A stretch of DNA of 64,000 bases, from the NCBI GenBank assembly GCA_964525635.1, contig CAZGJX010000003.1, forward strand, positions 32,001-96,000, read 5' to 3'. Made by a program: the position numbers and the translations under genes. Origin of the DNA: an uncultured archaeon. GTDB taxonomy: Archaea > Asgardarchaeota > Lokiarchaeia > Sigyniarchaeales > SOKP01. A model generated the notes under the pieces. The model did no database searches and was not told the DNA's origin. It worked only from the letters and a program-made list of their open reading frames with translations. Each line of letters begins with the position of its first letter. Position 1 is the stretch's first letter. Shown here piece by piece: positions 19,946-30,749 of this stretch.

Positions 19946-22141
19946 ATGGATGATAATCAGATAGAAAAGTATATTTCAATTGGAAAATATGAAGATGCAC
20001 TAAATAACCTCAAGTTAATTGAGAAAGAGAGAATTTTATCAACTGATGAAGATTTATTAAAAAAATATGTATTATCTTTTATTTCTCTTGATAAAGGAGA
20101 TTTTGAGAAAGGAATAAGAATTGCTGATAAACTTATAAAGGAAGCCTATGAAGAAAATAATATTTTAGGGGAGATTAATGGTATAATTGCAAAGACCGAA
20201 AATACTAGTACCTTAGGGCTATTTAAAGAATCGCTTAAATTAATAGAGGAGGGCGAATTAATCCTTAAAAATTGTAAAAATATTTTCCCAGTTGTTAAAA
20301 AACAAAAACAAGCTTATCTAATTTATTTAAAAGGAAGAATATATCGAGATACTCATTATATTTTTGATGCAATAAAATTTTTAAAAAAAAGTTATAAATT
20401 AAGAAAAGAAATAAATGATAAAGTTGGAATGATGTGGTCTTTATTAAATTTGGCCTCCATCATTAATGTTAATGGTAATTTTAAAAGTGCAGAAAGATAT
20501 TTTAATGAAAGTCTAACAATAGCAGAAGAATTAAATATTGAGGAGGGAATAACATGGAATTTAATTTATTTTGGTTGGTTAAAGTATCATCAAAGAGATC
20601 TAACTAAAGCAATTTCTTATGCTAAAAGATGTCTCTCTATTTGTGAACCAAAAAATTATAATTATCCAAATACAAGATGTTATGATCTTATCGGACATTG
20701 TTATCTTTTAAAAGGAAAATTAAACACAGCTTTACTTTATTTTGAGAAAAGCCTGAATATAAGAGAAATTGAAGGATATAAACAGATGCTACCAGTATCA
20801 TATTATTCTATTGGATTAGTTTATTGCCAGAAAGGAGAATTTAAACGAAGTTTAAGTTATTATGAAAAAACTTTAGAATTATTAGATCTTGAAGTAAGAG
20901 AACTGGTAATACCTGTGTATTTAAACGCAATTGGTAAGGTTTATGGTGAAATAAATAATTTCCAAGCTGCAAAAGAACATTTACTAGAAGCTTTAAATAT
21001 ATTAGAAAAGAATGAAATACCATTGTTTCAATTTTTAAACTTTAACGTCTCTATTACATCTACATTACATAATTTAATTTTACTCTCCGTGAATAATAAT
21101 GATCTTAAGAATGTTAAAAATTACTTAGAAAAAATACATAAAATAAGTATGGATAATCCGGATATTAAGCAATTTGATCATCTTTATCATTTAGATAAAG
21201 CTATAATTTTAAAATCAAAAAATCGTTTAATGGATAAGATGGAAGCAGTAAATATTCTTGAAAATATAATAAAAGAAGAAATTATAGATCATGAAATAAC
21301 AGTAGAGGCTATGAAAAATTTATGCGAAATTTTATTATATGAATTAGAATTATCGGGAGATAAAGATATTCTACGAGAAATAGAGGCCCTTTCAGAAAGA
21401 TTACTTGAAATTAGTAGATCAGAATATTTATATGATTTATTAGCTGAAACTTATTTCTTTAAAGCAAAAATATCCTTATTAAATTTAGAGACTCAAAAAG
21501 CACGTTTATTATTAACAAAAGCACAGAATATTGCAAATGAGCATGATTTAATAAGATTAGCATCCAAGATATCAAATGAGCACGATTCGCTTTTAAAAAA
21601 TCTTGATGAATGGGAAATAAAAATTAAACAATCTGAATCTTTAAAGGATATATTGCATAATAAAAAAGATGATTTTCTTTTTATAAAAAAAGACTTATCC
21701 GATAATAATAAAGAATCAAAGAATTATGATATTCCTGTCTATTTCATTATTATTAATAATATAAATGCTGAATATTTATATAATAAAGCATTTCAAAATA
21801 TTAATATTGATAATGCGAGCCTTATAGCAGGATATATATCAGCAATTAATATATTTGGGAAAGAAACCTTTTCATCCTCAGGTACGATCTCTCGAATTAA
21901 ACATGGAGAATATCTAACAATTCTTCAATTAAAGAAGGAATTTTTATTTGGATATGTCTATAAAGGATATTCTTATTCCGCTATCTCTAAATTAAATAAC
22001 TTTATTCAATCTTTGAGTAAAGCAACGAATGATCTTGAAAATATTACTATAGATTTTGAAAAATATCTTAAACTTCCAGAAGGTATAAGTATAACAATTA
22101 ATAATTTAGTAAATGAAATTTTCTTGGAAAACAAAAATTGA
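19946..22141 (+). CDS. TPR-repeat protein with C-terminal longin-like domain (paralogue 5, subtype B)
   Basis: Collinear paralogue; IINNINAEYLYNKAFQNIN is closest to paralogue 3. Confidence 0.8.
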   Translation: MDDNQIEKYISIGKYEDALNNLKLIEKERILSTDEDLLKKYVLSFISLDKGDFEKGIRIADKLIKEAYEENNILGEINGIIAKTENTSTLGLFKESLKLIEEGELILKNCKNIFPVVKKQKQAYLIYLKGRIYRDTHYIFDAIKFLKKSYKLRKEINDKVGMMWSLLNLASIINVNGNFKSAERYFNESLTIAEELNIEEGITWNLIYFGWLKYHQRDLTKAISYAKRCLSICEPKNYNYPNTRCYDLIGHCYLLKGKLNTALLYFEKSLNIREIEGYKQMLPVSYYSIGLVYCQKGEFKRSLSYYEKTLELLDLEVRELVIPVYLNAIGKVYGEINNFQAAKEHLLEALNILEKNEIPLFQFLNFNVSITSTLHNLILLSVNNNDLKNVKNYLEKIHKISMDNPDIKQFDHLYHLDKAIILKSKNRLMDKMEAVNILENIIKEEIIDHEITVEAMKNLCEILLYELELSGDKDILREIEALSERLLEISRSEYLYDLLAETYFFKAKISLLNLETQKARLLLTKAQNIANEHDLIRLASKISNEHDSLLKNLDEWEIKIKQSESLKDILHNKKDDFLFIKKDLSDNNKESKNYDIPVYFIIINNINAEYLYNKAFQNINIDNASLIAGYISAINIFGKETFSSSGTISRIKHGEYLTILQLKKEFLFGYVYKGYSYSAISKLNNFIQSLSKATNDLENITIDFEKYLKLPEGISITINNLVNEIFLENKN

Positions 22142-22306
22142 ACTTATAGTTAATTTTTTTTGATACTTTTCAGATTTTTTATCAAATAGTTTGACTGAAT
22201 AAAACTATTTTATAATAAAATGAGGACAATTTCAATTCCAAAAGAGAATATTAAAAGATTTTAAACATTTATGAATATAACTTTATTATTATAATATTGA
22301 ATTAAA

Positions 22307-22695
22307 ATGGTACAAGTAAAAATTTATGGTCTAAAAGTTGAATTAACTAAAATTATTGATAAATTATCAAACACAATTCATTCCTGCATTATTGAAATTT
22401 TAGGATTACCAAAGGAAAAGAGATTTCATCGTTTTTTTTTATTAAAAAAAGAAGAATTTTACTACCCATCTAATCGTTCAAATAACTATAAATAATAGAA
22501 ATTATTATGTTTGAAGGAAGATCTATAAAAATAAAGAAGGATTTAATCAAATCACTTTATAAAGCAATTGGGGAGAAGTTATTTATTTCATCAAAAGATA
22601 TTGAAATTGTAATCTTGGAAAGTCCCAAATATAATTGGGGTATTAAAGGTCTATCTGGAGATGAATTATCATTAAATTATAAAACAGATATTTAA
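22307..22695 (+). pseudogene. tautomerase-family protein split by a frameshift near 22490
   Basis: QVKIYG...KRFHRF...RSNNY then, in the next frame, IIEIIMFEGRS...NWGIKGLSGDELSLNY; the halves join into one typical tautomerase-family sequence. Confidence 0.75.
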
Positions 22696-22706
22696 TATAT
22701 ATAATT

Positions 22707-23222
22707 ATGATTAATATTAATGAAGCAGATGTAAATGATGCAGAGGAAATATTGGATTTACAGAAAGAAGCTTATATAAGTGAAGCTGAAATATATAATG
22801 ATTATACAATTTCCCCACTCCATCAAACATTAGAAGAAATAAAACATGACTTTTCATATAAAAAATTTGTCAAACTAATAATCAATAGAAAGATTATTGG
22901 CTCTATTAGAGGATTTAATAAGAATGACACTTGTTATATAGAAAGAATAATCGTTCAACCTAATTATCAGAATCAGGGTCTTGGAAAAAAGTTATTAAGA
23001 AAGTTAGAGAAAATATTTGATAAATCAAAAAGATATGAGCTTTATTCTGGATATAAGAGCGAAAAAAATTTGTATTTTTATAAAAAGAATGGATATAGAC
23101 CATTTAAAGAAGAAATATTGAATGAAAATGTAAAACTTATCTTTTTAGAAAAATATAAACAAAAGAATAATATTAATATTCAATTTGATTTCTCTAAATC
23201 TTGGATTAGCAATAATTTATGA
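22707..23222 (+). CDS. GNAT family N-acetyltransferase
   Basis: IVQPNYQNQGLGKKLL acetyl-CoA motif; NLYFYKKNGY. Confidence 0.9.
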   Translation: MININEADVNDAEEILDLQKEAYISEAEIYNDYTISPLHQTLEEIKHDFSYKKFVKLIINRKIIGSIRGFNKNDTCYIERIIVQPNYQNQGLGKKLLRKLEKIFDKSKRYELYSGYKSEKNLYFYKKNGYRPFKEEILNENVKLIFLEKYKQKNNINIQFDFSKSWISNNL

Positions 23223-23463
23223 AAAGAATAAATTAATCTATAAATTTAAAAAAGGGGAATATATTGAATCAAATAGGACTGTTTAAAAAAAAAATGATTT
23301 TAAAGAAAATTTGTTTACTCCCCTATAAAGAAATATAAATAAAAGACAAATAATCATCATAAAATAGATTTATAAAAGAATACTTCTTTATAAATTAATC
23401 AAGCAATATATCTACTCTAAAGGTTATTTGTAATAGAGAAAAAAATAAAAAAATCATTGAGAT

Positions 23464-24966
23464 ATGTCAGATTACTTAAAGAATAAAAGTTTTTTGGATT
23501 TTATTTTAAAAGAATCAAATGAAAAGTATAATTTCATACTTCAGAATACAAATGATTTGATTCAAATTCTCAATGATAAATTTAAAATTGATTATATAAA
23601 TGACCAAGCTCATTTTAAAACAATAGGATATTCTAGCGAAGATTTAATTGGAAATAACTTAGGAGAACTCATTCATCCAAATGAGTCCAAGGACGTCAGA
23701 CTTTTCTTAGAAAACCTTCTAAAAAATGGTGAAACAGAACGTGAAGGAAGATTAAAACATAAAAATGGGAATTGGATTTGGTTTAATATAAGAGGAAAAA
23801 AAATTTTAGATCTAAATGATGAGATAAAATATTTGATAATTTCGAGAGAAATCTCAAAAGAAAAAAAAGTAGAAGAAGAGTTAAAAACTTCTGAAGAGAA
23901 ATATCGTCTTATAACAGAAAATGCAAATGATTTAATTGATATTATTGATAAAGATTTTAAAATTGAATATATCAATGAAGAAGTCCATAAAAAAATACTA
24001 GGTTATTCAAAAAAAGATTTAATTGGAAAATTAGCTATTAATTTTGTCCATCCAGATGATTTTTTAACTGCTATGAAATCTTTAAAAAGAGGAATTAAGC
24101 AAGGTGAGGGAGAAGCAGAAATAAGATTTAAACATAAAAATGGAAATTGGGTATGGTTAGAAATTAGAGGGAGAATATTTATAGATATTAATGGTAAGGA
24201 GAAAGGATTATTAATTTCTAGAGATGAAACAAAAAGAAAAGAAGCTGAAGAAAAATTAAAAAAGACATTAGAAGAATTAAAACGTTCTAATGCGGATTTA
24301 GAGCAATTTGCTTATATTGCTTCACATGATCTTCAGGAACCTCTCCGTATGGTGGCTAGCTTTACACAATTATTGGGCAAACGTTATAAAGATAAATTAG
24401 ATTCAGACGCAAATGATTTTATTAATTTCGCAGTAGATGGTGCTAAACGAATGCAAGAATTGATAAATGATTTATTAACCTATTCAAAAGTAAGAACACA
24501 TGGGCAACCCTTTGAGGAAGTTGATTTAAATAAGATCCTGAAAGATGTTCTAAAGAATTTAAAATTTTCTATTGATGATTCAGATACTATATTTACCTAT
24601 GATCCTTTACCTGTAATAATGGGTGATAGCTTACAGATCTCTCAATTATTTCAAAATTTAATTTCAAATGCAATAAAATTTAATGATAAAGAACAACCTA
24701 TGGTTAGTATATCTATAAAAACAAAAAAAAAAGATTGGGTTTTTTCTATTCGTGATAATGGAATTGGAATAGATCCTAAATATTATGATACCATATTTAA
24801 AATCTTTAAAAGATTGCATAGTAGAAAAGATTATCCAGGATCAGGAATAGGACTATCGATATGCAAGAAAATAATTAAACGTCATGCGGGAGAGATTTGG
24901 GTTGAATCAGAAGAAGGAAGAGGTTCAGTATTTTATTTTTCAATTCCAAAAATTAAAATTAGATAA
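23464..24966 (+). CDS. PAS-PAS sensor histidine kinase
   Basis: Two PAS/PAC domains (HPDD, HKNGNWxW); ASHDLQEPLR H-box; NLISNAIKF, DNGIGI, GSGIGL. Confidence 0.95.
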   Translation: MSDYLKNKSFLDFILKESNEKYNFILQNTNDLIQILNDKFKIDYINDQAHFKTIGYSSEDLIGNNLGELIHPNESKDVRLFLENLLKNGETEREGRLKHKNGNWIWFNIRGKKILDLNDEIKYLIISREISKEKKVEEELKTSEEKYRLITENANDLIDIIDKDFKIEYINEEVHKKILGYSKKDLIGKLAINFVHPDDFLTAMKSLKRGIKQGEGEAEIRFKHKNGNWVWLEIRGRIFIDINGKEKGLLISRDETKRKEAEEKLKKTLEELKRSNADLEQFAYIASHDLQEPLRMVASFTQLLGKRYKDKLDSDANDFINFAVDGAKRMQELINDLLTYSKVRTHGQPFEEVDLNKILKDVLKNLKFSIDDSDTIFTYDPLPVIMGDSLQISQLFQNLISNAIKFNDKEQPMVSISIKTKKKDWVFSIRDNGIGIDPKYYDTIFKIFKRLHSRKDYPGSGIGLSICKKIIKRHAGEIWVESEEGRGSVFYFSIPKIKIR

Positions 24967-25058
24967 TTTTATTTTATACTAAATTTAAAAAGTGTGGAAA
25001 AAAATAATAGAATGGATAAAATAAATATAATTCTATTATAAAAAAAAAATGAGATAAA

Positions 25059-25496
25059 ATGACTGTTATTAATATTTTATTAGTTGAAGATAATCCTGGT
25101 GATGTTAGGTTATTTAAAGAATCATTTAAAGAAAGTGAAATTGAAAATAAACTTCATGTGGTTGGAGATGGAGTTGAGGCGATGTCATTTTTAAAGAAAG
25201 AGGGGAAGTATATAGATAGCCCACGTCCTAACCTTATCCTCTTAGATATTCGAATGCCAAAAAAAAATGGATATGAAGTCCTTGATGATATTAGAAAAGA
25301 AGAATCATTAAGTAATATTCCAGTTGTAATTCTTACTGCTACAGAAGTAAAAGATGAAAGTATTAAGAATTACTCGAGTGATGTAATTTGTTTTCTTAAA
25401 AAACCAGAGAGTATGGATCAATTTATATTAGGTGTACAATCAATCTTCCGCTTTTTATTTTTATCAAATACATTTAATAAAGATAAAGAGAAATAG
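25059..25496 (+). CDS. single-domain response regulator (Rcp1-like)
   Basis: LLVEDN, LILLDIRMP, KP motif. Confidence 0.92.
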   Translation: MTVINILLVEDNPGDVRLFKESFKESEIENKLHVVGDGVEAMSFLKKEGKYIDSPRPNLILLDIRMPKKNGYEVLDDIRKEESLSNIPVVILTATEVKDESIKNYSSDVICFLKKPESMDQFILGVQSIFRFLFLSNTFNKDKEK

Positions 25497-25529
25497 ATAT
25501 AACTATAATTTAAGAAAAAAATCAATAAA

Positions 25530-25970
25530 ATGAATAAAATTGAGATTTTATTAGTTGAAGATAATTCAGGAGATATTCGTTTAATAAAAGAAGCATTTAA
25601 AGAAACTAAAATCCCAAATAAACTTCATGTGGTGGGAGATGGTTTAGAAGCTATTTCATTTTTAAGAAATGAAGGTAAATATATGGATGAACAACAACCA
25701 GACCTCATTATATTAGATTTAAATTTACCTAAAAAAGATGGATATGAAGTTTTAACCACAATTAAACAGGATAAATCTTTAAAAAAAATACCTGTTTTAA
25801 TTCTCTCCGTGTCAGCAGCAGAAGAAGATATAAAGAAATCTTATGAATGTCATGCAAATTGTTTTATTAAAAAACCAGTTGATATGGATCAATTTATTGA
25901 TATTATAAAAAGCATTGGTAATTTTTGGTTTGAAATTGTTAAACTACCACCAAAAGAACATATAAAATAA
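25530..25970 (+). CDS. single-domain response regulator (Rcp1-like), tandem paralogue
   Basis: LLVEDN, LDLNLPKKDG, ANCFIKKP, FWFEIVKLP. Confidence 0.93.
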   Translation: MNKIEILLVEDNSGDIRLIKEAFKETKIPNKLHVVGDGLEAISFLRNEGKYMDEQQPDLIILDLNLPKKDGYEVLTTIKQDKSLKKIPVLILSVSAAEEDIKKSYECHANCFIKKPVDMDQFIDIIKSIGNFWFEIVKLPPKEHIK

Positions 25971-26004
25971 AAGAATAAAAAAAAATAAAATTAAGAAATA
26001 GAAA

Positions 26005-26877
26005 TTAATTATTTCTAGAGAGATCTAATTCCCCGTTTAACGCCTCAGATATTCCAAACCTTTTTGCCCAATTTTGAATGAATTTTCTCCTTTTGTTAAA
26101 CGTCATATCTAAAGCAATTATTCCTAAGACCATCATAAAAGCAATAAATATAGGCATAAATGGCCAAATTATATAAATTAACAGATTAGCTGCACCTCCA
26201 TCTGATTCAATTGATAACAAGTGTGTATAGAAAGTATAAAAAGAGATAATAACTGCAACTCCAGCATAGCCCTTCATAAGATATATATACCACCCACCAA
26301 CACTTCTAATTTCAATTGGATCAGAACGATCTCTTACTTTTTTCTTATTAGTATAAACAATTCCAGCATCCAACAAGAACCAAGTGGGAGAAAATATAGC
26401 CATAGAAACTCCCGTTATTAAAGGGAGTATTACCGAAAATGCAAGCATTTGTGCCATAGATGTTTCGGGTTCACGAAGGGTTATTTCTTGAATAGTTGAA
26501 TTAGCACTAAAAACTAAACATAAATTAACTGTCAATAATGCAGGAAATAATGCTTTAAAAAAAACTCCTTTAATTTTATTACTTTGAGCTCTATTTTGAA
26601 ATCCGTATATCATCTTTCGGCCAATTGTTTTTTTATGAACAAATAAAAAGAATGGTCCAAGAATATAGCCACCAACTATAGCTCCAACTATACTCCCAAT
26701 AATTGTAAAAATTAAAATCCATAAAGATTGAGTTCCTTGTGTAGGAACAGGAATAACTTTTGCATAACCTTTATCTCCCCTACCTACAACATACAATGTT
26801 ATAAAAATAAAAACCATCATTAAACCAATTATTATCAAATAAGGAGTTAAGATTTTCTTGTATTTTTCTATTGTCAT
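26005..26877 (-). CDS. hypothetical polytopic membrane protein
   Basis: About 6 hydrophobic segments in 290 aa. Confidence 0.65.
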   Translation of the reverse strand: MTIEKYKKILTPYLIIIGLMMVFIFITLYVVGRGDKGYAKVIPVPTQGTQSLWILIFTIIGSIVGAIVGGYILGPFFLFVHKKTIGRKMIYGFQNRAQSNKIKGVFFKALFPALLTVNLCLVFSANSTIQEITLREPETSMAQMLAFSVILPLITGVSMAIFSPTWFLLDAGIVYTNKKKVRDRSDPIEIRSVGGWYIYLMKGYAGVAVIISFYTFYTHLLSIESDGGAANLLIYIIWPFMPIFIAFMMVLGIIALDMTFNKRRKFIQNWAKRFGISEALNGELDLSRNN

Positions 26878-27056
26878 TTTTTAAGAGAATTAATTATAAA
26901 TTTTTGTTATAATAATTATCAACTCCATATTTTTAACTTATTTATATTCAAATGCTTAAATTTAAAAATAAAAAGAAAATATTTTTAAAAAACTGAATTT
27001 TCATCTTGAACTAATAATATGTTTATCCTCTGAATATAATAATATTAGAAGTTATA

Positions 27057-27994
27057 TTACTTATTTTTGGGATTAGCTAATCTATTTTTTTTCTCATTAT
27101 AATATAAAATATAGTTTTTTCCCAATATTTTTTCTAATTGGGAATGGAATTGGGAATTTTTTTTTTAATCCATCTCATTCCATGTTTGATTGTCTAAATC
27201 AATCTTTTTTCCACTCTGTTTAGTCCTATTTCAGTTGCTAGTTCATCATGAACTCTAATATTTGCTTCTTTAATCCAAGTTTGCATTAGATCGATTATTT
27301 TCTGTGACATATATTTTGATAAGTCCTTAATATTATTTCCCACAGATTTTCTCACAGATATTGATGGATCACTATTTAATTTAGTTAAAATATCTAAGAT
27401 CTTATCATTTTGATTTGAATCTCTTAACCATTTGATTTCTGCTTTTGGTCTTAAGGATTCAGCAACAAACCGTCTCAAATTCTGATTTTTATCATTAATC
27501 CAATTTGTTAGAACCAATAAAACATCATCAGGTTTTTTTTTTAATCCAGATAAGACACAAAAGCAGATACTCTCTCTAACAGTCCAATCATTATGATCAG
27601 CATATATTTTTATAAAGGGTACAATATCCTCAAAATTATCAGGAAAATTATAGATATATTCTGATAAAATAAGTAAAGCAAATTGTTGTATAGATCTATT
27701 ATTATAGGTTTCTCCCTATTTAAATGCTTTTTCTGATAATTCTATATAGTACTCCTTATCTATATTGATTATTTTTTTTAAATAATTCATTATCTCTTTT
27801 GAAACATATGTAGAGATATAAGAACTCCCCTTGCCTATTCTCTCATTTTCAGGAATAATATTATATTCATTTTTGAGAAATAGATTCATTTTATTAAGTA
27901 ATAAATTATTTTTATCGATCTTCCAACTCTTAATTCTTTTACAAAATTCTAATGTGCATTGCCTGATTAAATTTGAAGAACTTATTGATACCAT
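27057..27994 (-). pseudogene. HEAT-repeat DNA alkylation repair (AlkD-like) protein, disrupted
   Basis: RRFVAESLRP, DPSISVRKSVGNNIKDLSK; in-frame TAG at 27716-27718 and 27194-27196, plus a frameshift in the T10 run at 27157-27166. Confidence 0.7.
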
Positions 27995-28032
27995 TTTTCT
28001 TAATAAATAAATAATTTTTTCAAGTGATTATT

Positions 28033-29391
28033 CTATCTTATGTAATAATGATAATCACATGTTAATTCTTTATTTTCCCCTGGTGCTATTCGAATATTCC
28101 ATTTTACTAGACTATGTCCCGTTAGTGCCTCTGATCCCTTGAAAGATGCCCAATCATTACTTCTAAAATCAGATATAGTTATTTTCCCATCATGCGATGC
28201 AGTTATAGCATTACCTCCTAGATCACATTTGATTAAAAGATTTACAGATTCTTTCTTATAATTTATTATTTTTAGAGTCCCCTTTTTAGATACTTTATTG
28301 TAGTCATAATCATCAAAATGGATTGCATTTATTTCTCGTTCTATTTCTTCTTCAGAATATGTACCTCTGATATCAACTGCAATTGACAGAGGGATAAGGA
28401 GATTCTCCCCAATAGAAGTATAAGTTAATAATTCCTGACATAATGGTAATAAATCTTTTATTATTATCGCAGGTCCAGTTGTCCAAGGTACATTAGTATT
28501 ATTTGATATTTCAATTTGATGCCAAATCTCATTCTTGGTTAATTTAACAGGGGATATATATGACTTTGAGGATTTAGATTGAACATTAATACTTGAATGA
28601 CTTAAATGTAAATCCCAAGTATAGATGTGTTTAAATTCTTGTTTTGTAGAAATTAGAGGAATTATTGCTCTTTCTCCTACATTAACCGATATTTTTGAAA
28701 CTTTGTAGAGAAAAAAATCTTCTGATTTTTCACCACCTAATTCTGAGGGAATTGTAGGAGTAGTTGAGGTAAAATCTTCTGTACTAGGGGTTCTTTCTTC
28801 CATACCACCCATTCTTTGATCCATCATTACATTAGAGAACATTTGTTGTCCTACTAATTGAGGGGCTGTTTCTCTAAGAGAATTCTTAAGAATTGATTCA
28901 AAACTAAGAGGAGAAACCGAATCTTTGAATCTAAAATTGGGTACCCCAACAACTAAATCAATAGCAACATTTTCAAGATCTTCTGCTTCATTGATAAGTT
29001 CTGCTTGCATCCTAAGATTACATTCATTATTCTCATTTATTTTAATATGATATGTAGGAATCCAACGGATTCCAGGTCCAAAATAGATTATATTTGCCTC
29101 AATTGTCGTTCCTGCTGCTTTAGATTCAAATTGAAGTTCAAAATACTTTTCTTTTTCTTGAAGAGATTTTCTTGTAAAAATTTGTTGCTTTGCAATAATA
29201 TTAAGGAGTGTACCATTACTTGGAATTATCCAAAAGGACCCAATAACCATAGATTCAGGGATTTTATCAATAATTCCTTTACTATTTAGGTCTAAAGTGC
29301 CTATAGCTTTTTTAACAAATAAACAGTACCCATCTTTAAAGATAATTACTCTTAATGTCTTCAATTCAAATATATTTTTATTATTTTGCAT
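28033..29391 (-). CDS. DUF4139-like protein
   Basis: VIIFKDG, IRWIPTY, NNTNVPWTTGPA patterns. Confidence 0.6.
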   Translation of the reverse strand: MQNNKNIFELKTLRVIIFKDGYCLFVKKAIGTLDLNSKGIIDKIPESMVIGSFWIIPSNGTLLNIIAKQQIFTRKSLQEKEKYFELQFESKAAGTTIEANIIYFGPGIRWIPTYHIKINENNECNLRMQAELINEAEDLENVAIDLVVGVPNFRFKDSVSPLSFESILKNSLRETAPQLVGQQMFSNVMMDQRMGGMEERTPSTEDFTSTTPTIPSELGGEKSEDFFLYKVSKISVNVGERAIIPLISTKQEFKHIYTWDLHLSHSSINVQSKSSKSYISPVKLTKNEIWHQIEISNNTNVPWTTGPAIIIKDLLPLCQELLTYTSIGENLLIPLSIAVDIRGTYSEEEIEREINAIHFDDYDYNKVSKKGTLKIINYKKESVNLLIKCDLGGNAITASHDGKITISDFRSNDWASFKGSEALTGHSLVKWNIRIAPGENKELTCDYHYYIR

Positions 29392-29594
29392 TATCTTTCC
29401 GTCTATTACTTTATGTTATTAAAAATATTTAAGAAATAATATAAACATTTAGTTAATCAACTTTGATATCTTCAATAAAAATTTCTACGTAATAAAGAAA
29501 TAGTAGAAAAGTTAAATATATAATATGATCTTTTATTCAAATAAAACGATTAAGAATATATCCCCATAATTCATTAACTATATAAGTATTTATT

Positions 29595-30749
29595 ATGAAT
29601 ATAAGTGGTTTAGTCAGAAAAGAATTTGGTCGATTAAGAAGTGATAAAAGGACTTTAATTCTATTATTTGCAATTCCGCTTGTATTAATAATAATATTTG
29701 GATTAACTTCAGGAGGGGGTCCTTCAGAATTCTTTCATGCATCAATTATAACAAGAGATGATATGGATTCTTCATATCCGTTTCCCCCGATGAGTTCTGA
29801 ATATGATGAAGTATTTATATCGATTTTTAATGATAATCTTACCTCCTTTGGCCTTGAAAGTTATTATAATGTATCAAATGAAGAAGAATATTCTGAAGCC
29901 TATATTAATTGTAAAAATTTACTGAAAAAGGAGATTATTGATATTTTTATAGTATTACCAGAAAATTTCTCCGAGACCGTCAGGGATAACTTAGACACGC
30001 ATTTAATTTACTATATAGATGGATCGGATCTACAAGCAGTGAAAGCAATTAATGTTTCAATGTTAGAGCCTATAGTCCAATTCAAATTAAGAACAGGAAA
30101 GATGGTTAATTTTACTATGTTGTTGCCATATTTAGAATTTGAAGTACCTTTTTGGGAATCACAAGTATTAAATTATGCTTTTGCATTAACAATTCCTTTA
30201 ATAATTATAGGAACAACAATGAATCTTTCATGTTTATCAATTGTGTCAGAAGGACCTTTACCAAGAATGCTTATTACTCCTGCTTCAAAAAGATCTATTA
30301 TACTAAGTAAATTAGTCGCAAATTCATTAATTATGATACTTCAAGCAGGAGAAATTTTTATTGCAACTGCTATATTTGGTCTTTATAGTTTAGGTTCATT
30401 ATTTGATTTATTTTTAGTATTTCTTGCAATTGGATTTAGTGGAGTAACTATAGGTATTTTTATATCATCAATAAGTAAAACGGATCAACAAGCAAATCAA
30501 CTCTATATGGTCTTTTTTATTATTATTTTATTATTTTCAGGACAATTTGTAAGTGTTGGGAATCTTCCTGCCTATATGCAGGCCATTATCTATTCACTTC
30601 CTTTAGGACATGGTATACCGCTTACATTTGATATAACATTAAAAGGATTGCCATTAAATCTTATAACTTTTTCCAGTATAATATTTATATCTTTGGTATA
30701 TATACTCTTGGCTTATATCATTTATTTATTTAAAAGAATAGAGGTTTGA
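29595..30749 (+). CDS. ABC-2 type transporter permease
   Basis: RKEFGRLRSDKRTL N-terminus, extracellular loop, 5 C-terminal TM helices. Confidence 0.9.
   Translation: MNISGLVRKEFGRLRSDKRTLILLFAIPLVLIIIFGLTSGGGPSEFFHASIITRDDMDSSYPFPPMSSEYDEVFISIFNDNLTSFGLESYYNVSNEEEYSEAYINCKNLLKKEIIDIFIVLPENFSETVRDNLDTHLIYYIDGSDLQAVKAINVSMLEPIVQFKLRTGKMVNFTMLLPYLEFEVPFWESQVLNYAFALTIPLIIIGTTMNLSCLSIVSEGPLPRMLITPASKRSIILSKLVANSLIMILQAGEIFIATAIFGLYSLGSLFDLFLVFLAIGFSGVTIGIFISSISKTDQQANQLYMVFFIIILLFSGQFVSVGNLPAYMQAIIYSLPLGHGIPLTFDITLKGLPLNLITFSSIIFISLVYILLAYIIYLFKRIEV

Noticed and set aside
58-22141. TPR paralogues as diversity-generating retroelement targets
   Set aside because: No reverse transcriptase in the window and no near-identical TR/VR pair with adenine-specific differences; divergence is spread along the genes
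23464-25970. Kinase and Rcp1-like receivers as a phytochrome system
   Set aside because: The kinase has only PAS domains, with no GAF/PHY chromophore module; an ordinary two-component cluster
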